Assembly (NCBI GenBank): GCA_965248355.1
Contig: OZ252098.1
Span: 2,112,001 to 2,176,000 of the forward strand
Direction of reading: 5' to 3'
Length of the DNA: 64,000 nucleotides
From: Candidatus Latescibacterota bacterium
Lineage (GTDB): Bacteria > Latescibacterota > UBA2968 > UBA8231
Made by a program: the position numbers and the translations under genes. The first letter of the stretch is position 1, and each line of letters opens with the position of its first letter. This document shows positions 56,875-64,000 of this stretch, piece by piece. Below the pieces are notes generated by a model, which searched no databases, was not told the DNA's origin, and worked only from the letters and a program-made list of their open reading frames with translations.

Positions 56875-57783
56875 CTACTGCGTGAACGCGGCCTTGACCC
56901 GGCCCCAGCTCTCGGCTTCGACGGCCGTGCCGAACTCGACATCCTCCACCGGAGCCAGCAGGAAGTCGGTGGATACCGACGAGGTTTGCCAGACGGTTGC
57001 CTCGCCATTCAGAATCCACTGATCTTTCGAGTTGTCCTCCGTATTGTCATAGTCGGTGATCTCCCAGTTCAGACCGATGATCTCACCTTCTACCATGTCG
57101 TGCACCACACTGCCGTCCGGGTCATCCCACTGCAGGTTGTCCCACAACGTGAGCATCCACTCCGCCTGGCCGGTGACGTCGGCGGCGTTGAGCTCGGCGG
57201 CATCCGACGAGTACCCATTGTCGGCCCACGGCAGTTCGCCGGTCCAGGTAGCCTGGGACTGCCAGTACCAGGCCCACGCCGTCGCCTCGTTGTTCACGTT
57301 CGGCGACCCAGGATCGATATCCGGGAGGCGGAAGTGGATATTCTGGGCGAAGCGCGAGCCGTCCTCCGGCGAATCGCCATTGAAGGAGTCTTCGCCGCCG
57401 TGGTCCCCGTCAACGTTCATCTCGAAGCTGTCGGGTAAGTTCGCTGCGGCATCGAGACCGGAGACGTCCCGCTTGCGGAAGTCGTCGAACACCTGGTGGT
57501 GCATATAGAGACGGTCGGTGCTGGCGCTGTAACCGACGATGACCTTGCTGTTCATACTCGACAGGTCCGTCCACTGCTCGCCGGCCGGGGACGCGTAGAA
57601 CTCCGGCCCGATCCAGTAGTCCTGGGGAACCACGGACCACTCGGACAGATCCCCGTCCAGGGTCGGCTCGGCACCCGCCGGGAACTGGAACGCGAGCAGA
57701 ACCTGCCCCTCTGGCACGTGACCCCAGGCGGAAGGGGCGAAGCCCATGGTCAGGCAGAGGGCGAAAATCACTTTCTTCACCAT
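56875..57783 (-). CDS. Exported CBM9/DOMON-like acidic protein with C-terminal TAVE..SWG.VK tag
   Basis: Signal peptide MVKKVIFALCL..AWG; PTLDGDLSEW, RLY...V.DD, DSFE..VDGD, IIGL...ITDYD motifs; GGAGA RBS. Confidence 0.7.
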   Translation of the reverse strand: MVKKVIFALCLTMGFAPSAWGHVPEGQVLLAFQFPAGAEPTLDGDLSEWSVVPQDYWIGPEFYASPAGEQWTDLSSMNSKVIVGYSASTDRLYMHHQVFDDFRKRDVSGLDAAANLPDSFEMNVDGDHGGEDSFNGDSPEDGSRFAQNIHFRLPDIDPGSPNVNNEATAWAWYWQSQATWTGELPWADNGYSSDAAELNAADVTGQAEWMLTLWDNLQWDDPDGSVVHDMVEGEIIGLNWEITDYDNTEDNSKDQWILNGEATVWQTSSVSTDFLLAPVEDVEFGTAVEAESWGRVKAAFTQ

Positions 57784-57879
57784 TGAAGAATCTCCATGAT
57801 GCTGATTCCCCGACCCCAGGCTCTCTGGGACCGACGGAATCGGGTTGACTGGATGTGTGGGCGGCCGGTCAGACCGCCG

Positions 57880-58060
57880 GGTGTAGAGATCGCTGGGGGT
57901 CTCGCAGTCGAAGGCCTGGTGCGGGGCCGGTCCGGCGCCACCGGGCGGTAGTGGAAGCTCGAGCGGGGCAGCCCGAGCAACTGGCACTGACGTGTACGCT
58001 CAACTGGGGATGCTGCGGCTCGATGAGAGCCACCTTGGCCTTGAATTGAGCGGAGTGCGG
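57880..58060 (-). pseudogene. Collapsed IS3-family transposase relic
   Basis: Frame-shifted fragments HSAQFKAKVAL (OrfA N-term-like), IEPQHPQLSV/RQCQLLGLPRSSFHYRP (OrfB N-term-like), PHQAFDCETPSDLY (OrfB C-term-like). Confidence 0.75.
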
Positions 58061-58116
58061 CTAATGTATGCATGGCCTTGGGGCGGACCAAGAAAAAACG
58101 AGGCCGACCCCACTCG

Positions 58117-59652
58117 CTAAGGGGCAAGCTGCGCCAGGCGCGCCTCGATCGCTGCGAGCTGGCGGGCATCTCCCCGCCAGTGGGCCACCGCCGATCGATA
58201 GGCCCGCCCGGCCGCATCCGCGTTCCCCAGCTTCTCGCAGGCGTCGCCCAGGGCGAGGTAGGCCCTCGCGTTGGTCGAATCCAGCCGCAGTGCGGCCTGC
58301 AACATCTCGATCGCCTGGTCGTAGTCCCGCTGGCGGAGGTAGCACTGTCCGAGGCTCAGGCGGGCATCGACCCAATCCGGCCGGTGGCGGATCGCTGCCC
58401 TGTAGGACTGCCCGGCCTCGCCCAGGCGCCCCTGAAGCAGCCCCAAATTGCCCAGGGCGTGGTGCGCCTTGGCAAAGGTCGTGTCTACTTGCAGGGCCCG
58501 CTCGAAGGCCTGACGGGCCTGGTCCAGGCGCCCGTTCCGGACGGCGATGTAGCCGATGGTGAAATGGGCCCCGCGGGCCTCGCGCTGGCCCGGGGCCCGG
58601 GCGATCACCTGGCGGGCCAGCGCCGCCGCCTCGTCCAGGTCGCCCTGATTCAGGCAGGCATGGCTCAACCCCGCCAGGCCCCCGACATGCCCGGGCTCGC
58701 GCTCCAGGACCGCCCGGTACATTCCGATGGCCTCCTCCCACCGTCCGAGCTCGACGTAGGAGCGCCCCGCCGCCAGATAGGAGTCCAGGTCGCCGGCGGC
58801 CCTGCTCACCTGCTTCTCCAGGACGCGCGCCTGAGCGGCCCTCCGGTTCAGCTCGGCAAAGCGGTCGAGCAGTATCCGGGCCTTTTCCACGCGTCCCTGG
58901 GCGGAGTGGAGGTTGGCCAGGCTGTGGTATGCCTCGGGATAGTCCGGGTCGATCTCGCGAGCCCGGCGCAGCATTTCCCCGGCCTCCTCGTAGCGCTCCG
59001 CGTAGGTGTAGAGCACGCCGAGTTCCCGGTGGGCCTCCTTGCCGCCGGGATCGAACCTGACAGCGCGGGTCAGCATCTCCTCGGATTCTGCCAGCCGCCC
59101 CTGCAGCCGGAGGAGCCGGCCCAGGGTCCACAGCGCCCCGGCATCGGCCGAGTCCGCCGCCACGGCCCGCACCAGGGCCGCCTCGGCCCGCTCGTACGCC
59201 CCCTGCTCCTGGTGCAGACCGGCCAGGAGACGGTACGAGGGAGCCGTGCCCGGATCGATGCGCACGGCCTCTTCCAGCAGGGCGACCGCCTCCCGCTGGC
59301 GTCCCGCCTCTCCGTAGGCCACGGCCAGATTGTGGTAGGCGAGAACGAGGCTGGAATCCAGGCGAATGGCGGCCAGGTACGCGGTCTCGGCCGAATCCCT
59401 GCGGCCCAGCTTCATGTAGGCCGTGGCCAGATGGCAGTGGGCTTCCGCAGAGAGGGAGTCCAGGGCCACGGCCTGCTGATACGCGGCCAGCGCGTCGCGG
59501 TACCGGGCCTGGCGGAAATAGGTGTTCCCGAGCGTGCGGAGCCGGTCTCTCTCCGGGTCCGGCGCCGGCGATTCGGGTGCCCGGCACGCGCCCAGCCAGA
59601 TCGTCATCAGGGCAACGGCGGTGCGGCGGACCGGAACTGCGTACGAATGCAT
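58117..59652 (-). CDS. TPR-repeat lipoprotein
   Basis: Lipobox-like LGAC; many canonical TPR units (AY.NL, A...LG..Y). Confidence 0.82.
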   Translation of the reverse strand: MHSYAVPVRRTAVALMTIWLGACRAPESPAPDPERDRLRTLGNTYFRQARYRDALAAYQQAVALDSLSAEAHCHLATAYMKLGRRDSAETAYLAAIRLDSSLVLAYHNLAVAYGEAGRQREAVALLEEAVRIDPGTAPSYRLLAGLHQEQGAYERAEAALVRAVAADSADAGALWTLGRLLRLQGRLAESEEMLTRAVRFDPGGKEAHRELGVLYTYAERYEEAGEMLRRAREIDPDYPEAYHSLANLHSAQGRVEKARILLDRFAELNRRAAQARVLEKQVSRAAGDLDSYLAAGRSYVELGRWEEAIGMYRAVLEREPGHVGGLAGLSHACLNQGDLDEAAALARQVIARAPGQREARGAHFTIGYIAVRNGRLDQARQAFERALQVDTTFAKAHHALGNLGLLQGRLGEAGQSYRAAIRHRPDWVDARLSLGQCYLRQRDYDQAIEMLQAALRLDSTNARAYLALGDACEKLGNADAAGRAYRSAVAHWRGDARQLAAIEARLAQLAP

Positions 59653-59774
59653 CGCGCAGTCTTCCGTTGAACCACGGGGTCTCACCGGGGCGCCGCGGCG
59701 GCTGCCCGCAGGGCCGTTTCGGAGGTCGCTGCAGAGCCCGCGGATTGGATGGCGCGCCCGGCGCCGATCTCCTG

Positions 59775-59802
59775 TAGTATAGGTCTGATAGTATAGGTCT
59801 GA
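59775..59802. repeat. Perfect 14 bp tandem direct repeat in a divergent intergenic region
   Basis: TAGTATAGGTCTGA x2. Confidence 0.9.
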
Positions 59803-59859
59803 GCGCCCGCGCCGGGCCTGGCTCAACCGGAACCAGCGAACCCGGGGACCTGAAGCGGC

Positions 59860-60741
59860 ATGGCCGCGACGATCGGACTGAGGGGCGGCTCCTTCAGGGG
59901 CCTCCTCCTCGACAACGAGGCGAACGCCGACCGCCAGGGAAGCGGCTTCACCCCCCTGTGCCATCTGACCCACCCGGACCACAACCTCTTCCGGGACGAC
60001 GCCGTCGGCCTCAACTTCGAGCACGTCATGAACGGCGCGGCGGCCGACGACCCCCGCTCGATGTTCACCCCCCGGAAGGACCGCTGCCTCCTCCTGCCCC
60101 ACTCTCCCTGCGAGGCGTCGGTCCGCCACCCGGCCGCCGACTCCTCCTGGGGGATCGAGAGCGCGATGCGCTACCGCCTCGGGCCGGACTGCGTCGACAT
60201 GGAGTTCACCGCCCGCCTGACCGACGCACGATGCGCCCCGCTCGGATACGTCGCCTTCATGTGGGCCTCCTACATGAACCGCACCCGCGGCCGGGCGATC
60301 CACTTCTACGGGACCTGCGAAGGCGAGGAAGGCTGGCTCCGCTTCGGCGAAGACCTTCCGGACGGCCGCTTCGAGACCGGCACCGTCGCCCACGCCTCGG
60401 TCGATCCCCTCCCGTACGAAGAAGGGGCCGAAACCCTCAACATCGTCGAAGATCCCCGCAAGCGCTTCCTCCTGCCGTTCTACTACGGCTTGGCGAAGGA
60501 CCGGATGGTCTACGCGATGATGTTCGATCGGGAGGCGCCGATCCGCTTCGCCCTGTGGAACTTCATCCGGGACGAGAGCGGACGGCCGGACCCGCACAGC
60601 CCGGCCTGGGACTGGCAGTATGTCATCCGCGACCCGGAGATCGGCCGGACCTACGGTTACCGGGCGCGGCTGCTGTACCGGCCGTTCGTCGATCGGGAAG
60701 CGGTGCGGCGGGCGTATGAGGAGTGGGCGGCCGAACTATAG
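59860..60741 (+). CDS. Hypothetical protein (aromatic-rich, possibly a beta-supersandwich)
   Basis: Coding-like GC3 bias; GLNFEH, WASYMN, SPAWDWQ; function not recognised. Confidence 0.65.
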   Translation: MAATIGLRGGSFRGLLLDNEANADRQGSGFTPLCHLTHPDHNLFRDDAVGLNFEHVMNGAAADDPRSMFTPRKDRCLLLPHSPCEASVRHPAADSSWGIESAMRYRLGPDCVDMEFTARLTDARCAPLGYVAFMWASYMNRTRGRAIHFYGTCEGEEGWLRFGEDLPDGRFETGTVAHASVDPLPYEEGAETLNIVEDPRKRFLLPFYYGLAKDRMVYAMMFDREAPIRFALWNFIRDESGRPDPHSPAWDWQYVIRDPEIGRTYGYRARLLYRPFVDREAVRRAYEEWAAEL

Positions 60742-60799
60742 CGCGGGTGGCCGCCAGGCAGGTCCGCCAGCTCGTCCAGCAGCGGGTCCTTGGCAGGCG

Positions 60800-62686
60800 T
60801 CACCAAGGCGGGGCCAGACTCGGCTCGTGGACGAAGCGCTTCATTCCCAGCACCAGTCGGGCCTGGGTGCGCGGCGGCAGAGCCACCTCGAGCGTCCTGC
60901 CGTTCACCGGAACGCGCCGGGACGCCCCGTCGACCTCGACCTCGGTGAACTCGTGCTCCCCCATGCCCCCCGCCTGGATCAGCACCTCCCGGCGCTCCGT
61001 CGGGCTCAGGTTCACCGCGGTCAGCTCGACCCGGTCGCCGGTCAGCCCCGACACGAGGGCGGCCACGTCGGGCGGAAGCCCCGGACGACGGCGTTGACGG
61101 TCGAAGTGACGCAGTCGCGTGACCAGCAAGCCGCCATTGTAGTGCGGCAGAGGGGAGCCCATGGTGAGCTGCACCAGGCCTTCGCAGGTAACCGGATTCC
61201 GCTGCTGGAAATAGGCGTCGCCATAGCTGGCCGGGTCCTGCTCGTCCTGCGCCATGAAGTCGAGGCGCGCCTGCACCTGGTCCAGATTGTGTTGCAGGAT
61301 CCGCTCCGGATACTCGGGGAACTCACCGTGCAGGTAGGCCATCCAGCCCCAGTCGTGCCCGCCCTGATCCTTGGTGTGGTGCCACGAGTTGACGGCGAAG
61401 GGATCACCCGACCGCTTGCGGGTCCGCTCGAACCGCCGCGAGTCGGACCGGTCCATCGACATGCACCACAGGTGGGCGATGTCGGACGGGTACATGGGCA
61501 TGAACTCGAACCAGCCGTCCTCCTGCAGGGCGGTGCCGTCCTCCTTCCGGATCACGTACCACATCCACTCGCCCGGAGCGTAGTCGACGCGCCCGGGATC
61601 GTCGTACTTGTGGGGCACGTAGAGCTGATCGTCGCGCTCGATCCCGCGGGAAAGGAGGACGTCGATCTGCGACCGCGGAAACTCCATGTACTCCAGCCGG
61701 CGCGTCAGCAGGGCGCAGTTCTGGGCTGCCACCCCCACGGCCTGCCCCACGCTGTGCCAACCGTGGGGCCAGGCCCAGCCGTAGCTCGACCCGTACCACT
61801 TGCCGTTGGTGTGTTCACCCACGACGCCGGAAAGGCCGACGTTGTCGGGCACGATGCCGCCGTTCGCCGCGGCGCGCTCCATCCATGCCTCGGTGTACTC
61901 CAGGACCCAGTCGCGGTACTTCCCGTCCGCCGTCAGCAGGTAGGCGTTGGCCCCCAGGGTGGTCGCCAGGAGGTTGACCACGGCGTCGCCGCGGCCCATG
62001 CGATCGCGCATGGCCCGGCCCAGCCGCTCGGACAACTCGGGATGGGCCAGCACCGCCTCGTGGCTGGTGCATCCCGGCACGTCGTAGAAGGGCAGGTTGT
62101 ACCCCTCGTAGGGCCAGTGCGGACCTTCCTCGAAGGCCCGGTAGGCCGGCCCCTTGCTGCCGTTTCTCGCGCACCGGATGATCCGGTGTTCCGGGTCGTA
62201 GTTGGGCGCCTCCGGATCCTGGCCGAGGAACAGCCCGGCGAAGCGCCGGGCCCGCTCGATGTTGGCCCCGTTGGTCGGATCGGCCATGCAGAGCATGTAG
62301 AACAGGTAGTTGCCCTCGCCCTGATGGAACCAGTCGTAGCCCGGCTGGTATTCCCGCACGACCATGGGGTAGCCGTGTCCCGTGCCATGCCGGCTCATCT
62401 GCTCGTTGATGACGTCGAACTCCCGCTGGGCGTCGGCCAGGAAGCGGTCGCCGCCGCCGAGAAGGTAGAAGAGCGGCCAGTTGTGGAAGCTCTCGTAGCA
62501 GTCGTCCAGCGCGTCGATGCTCTGGAAGTCGGGACTCGGCGGCCAGAGCAGGCGCCCGTCCGGATGGGTGTATCTCTCGAGCGCCCGCGGAGCGGCGTCC
62601 TCGATTGCGTCGAACAGCCGGCGCTGAAGCACGGCCCACTTCGGTGGTGTCCGGGCCGACTCGCGCGCCTCCAGAAAGACTGCCAT
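60800..62686 (-). CDS. Conserved hypothetical cytoplasmic protein (possible alpha/alpha-barrel carbohydrate-active enzyme)
   Basis: ATG with AAGGAG; DDCYESFHNWPLFY, YDWFHQGEG, PDNVGL, WYG..YGW.WPHG; Trp/Tyr/Asp-rich. Confidence 0.65.
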   Translation of the reverse strand: MAVFLEARESARTPPKWAVLQRRLFDAIEDAAPRALERYTHPDGRLLWPPSPDFQSIDALDDCYESFHNWPLFYLLGGGDRFLADAQREFDVINEQMSRHGTGHGYPMVVREYQPGYDWFHQGEGNYLFYMLCMADPTNGANIERARRFAGLFLGQDPEAPNYDPEHRIIRCARNGSKGPAYRAFEEGPHWPYEGYNLPFYDVPGCTSHEAVLAHPELSERLGRAMRDRMGRGDAVVNLLATTLGANAYLLTADGKYRDWVLEYTEAWMERAAANGGIVPDNVGLSGVVGEHTNGKWYGSSYGWAWPHGWHSVGQAVGVAAQNCALLTRRLEYMEFPRSQIDVLLSRGIERDDQLYVPHKYDDPGRVDYAPGEWMWYVIRKEDGTALQEDGWFEFMPMYPSDIAHLWCMSMDRSDSRRFERTRKRSGDPFAVNSWHHTKDQGGHDWGWMAYLHGEFPEYPERILQHNLDQVQARLDFMAQDEQDPASYGDAYFQQRNPVTCEGLVQLTMGSPLPHYNGGLLVTRLRHFDRQRRRPGLPPDVAALVSGLTGDRVELTAVNLSPTERREVLIQAGGMGEHEFTEVEVDGASRRVPVNGRTLEVALPPRTQARLVLGMKRFVHEPSLAPPW

Positions 62687-62709
62687 GTATGCTCCTTCGG
62701 TCTCATCCC

Positions 62710-64000
62710 TCAGGGGCCGGGGCGTCCCACCTCGCCCTCGACCAGCGTGAGGAACCGATCGGGTCTCAGACCCGCCAGACGCTCGACCTCGCCGCCGGGC
62801 CAGTGGATCCGCAGCGAGTCGACCCGCGTCCGGGCGCCCAGCCCGAAGCTCACCCGCAGGTCCCGCTGCGACAGATAGCTGAAGCTCCCCCGGACCTCCT
62901 TCACCTGGTAGAGGCCGCCCGCCCACACCTCGATCCGCGCCCCGATGCCGTCCCGGTTGCCGGGCCCGCCGCGGGTGGAGATGGTGAGCCAGTGGCGCGA
63001 GTTCCCCCCCTCGTTGCGCAGCAGGGCGGCCGACTGCCCGCTGTTTGTGACCACGATGTCCGTGTCGCCGTCGTTGTCGTAATCACCCACGGCGCAGCCG
63101 CGGCTGACCCGCGCCCGGGCCAGGGCCGGCCCCGCCCGGGAAGAGATGTCCCGGAACCGGAACCGGCCGCGGTCGTCGGGGCCCTGGTTCCGCAGCAGTT
63201 GGTTCGGCTGGGCATAGCTGCCGGACTCGTAGAACGCGGAGGCGTTGTCGAGCACGTGGCCATTGGCGACGAACAGGTCCTGGTAGCCGTCGTTGTCGTA
63301 GTCGACGAAGCCGATGCCGAAGGAGAGGTAGCGCAGGCTGACCAGACCGACACCCGCGGGGAAAGAGGCGTGGGGGAAGAACCCGGCGCCCCGGTTATGG
63401 TAGAGGCTGTTGGGCTCGTTCTCGAAATTGGTGACCACCAGGTCCACGTGGCCGTCGTTGTCGTAGTCGGCGGCGTCGACCCCCATTCCCGCCTCCTGCT
63501 GGCCGTCCTGGCCGTAGGCCACGCCGGCCAACTCGCCGATCTCGGTGAAGCGACCGTCGCCCTCGTTGTGGTAGAGGAAGTTGGGCACGGCGTCATTGGC
63601 CACGTAGAGGTCGCTCCAGCCGTCGTTGTCGTAGTCGGTGGCCACCACGCCCAGCCCCCGCCCGGCCGCGGCCGAGGTGTCCACCAGCCCGGCCAGCCGA
63701 TTCACGGCGCGGAAACGGCCGTCGCCCTCGTTGCGGTACAGGTGGTCCTCGGCGCCGGGGAAGTTCCGCGGATGGGGGTATGCTTCGATGCCTTCTTCCG
63801 GGCCGCTCCGTGAGGTGGCCAGGTAGGCTTCCAGATCCTTCCCGGCGTCGGCCAGGTCGTAGTGGACGTAGTTGGCCACGTACAGGTCGAGGTCTCCGTC
63901 GTTGTCGTAGTCGATGAAAGTGCTGCCCGTGCTCCAGGTGGTGTCCGCCACCGAGGCCTCGGTGACATCGCGGTACCGCCCATCGCCCTCGTTGCGGTAC
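62710..64000 (-). CDS. CRTAC1/ASPIC-UnbV family FG-GAP repeat protein (5' end outside the window)
   Basis: Repeated DYDNDG..DL.V.N, AGMGVD, SRG.A.GDYDNDG, C-terminal NRDGIGA..SYLSQ..FGLG..WPGG. Confidence 0.9.
   Translation of the reverse strand, partial: YRNEGDGRYRDVTEASVADTTWSTGSTFIDYDNDGDLDLYVANYVHYDLADAGKDLEAYLATSRSGPEEGIEAYPHPRNFPGAEDHLYRNEGDGRFRAVNRLAGLVDTSAAAGRGLGVVATDYDNDGWSDLYVANDAVPNFLYHNEGDGRFTEIGELAGVAYGQDGQQEAGMGVDAADYDNDGHVDLVVTNFENEPNSLYHNRGAGFFPHASFPAGVGLVSLRYLSFGIGFVDYDNDGYQDLFVANGHVLDNASAFYESGSYAQPNQLLRNQGPDDRGRFRFRDISSRAGPALARARVSRGCAVGDYDNDGDTDIVVTNSGQSAALLRNEGGNSRHWLTISTRGGPGNRDGIGARIEVWAGGLYQVKEVRGSFSYLSQRDLRVSFGLGARTRVDSLRIHWPGGEVERLAGLRPDRFLTLVEGEVGRPGP

Noticed and set aside
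57784..57987. N-terminal extension of the CBM9-like ORF (track start 57987)
   Set aside because: Derived from the IS3 relic; the signal peptide and RBS point to ATG at 57783

Overview
High-GC bacterial chromosomal window. Gene content (PorZ-like protein, FlgD-Ig/T9SS-like C-terminal domains, DUF4159/DUF4175/MoxR cluster, DUF6785-type membrane protein, ASPIC/UnbV protein) suggests an FCB-group lineage such as Ca. Latescibacterota; this is inference only. Left to right: (i) a small + strand cluster (mannonate dehydratase, SMUG1-type uracil-DNA glycosylase, metallophosphoesterase); (ii) a suf Fe-S operon (sufB-C-D-S-U-T-Rrf2) with a perfect operator-like palindrome; (iii) a ~30 kb minus-strand housekeeping run (efp, gcvH, HNH, scpA/B, rluB, cmk, rpsA, mutS, rlmB, lptD-like, dtd, an in-frame maf-rodZ fusion, priA, porZ-like, MoxR/DUF58 cluster), interrupted by one intact IS630 inserted exactly in a stop/start overlap; (iv) tRNA-Lys(CTT) with back-to-back near-consensus sigma70 promoters; (v) a ~17.5 kb co-oriented, partly translationally coupled cell-envelope module (40243-57783). 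That module is the best candidate for an undescribed system: a CBM9/DOMON-like exported protein with a C-terminal SWGxxK tag, three paralogous discoidin + FlgD-Ig proteins, two paralogous ~950 aa Asp/Asn-rich putative outer-membrane proteins, a lipoprotein PPIase and a polytopic DUF6785-like membrane protein; (vi) a collapsed IS3 relic, a TPR lipoprotein and further uncharacterised genes. Family names come from motif recognition by eye, not from database searches. Start codons were re-chosen manually and are approximate where stated.
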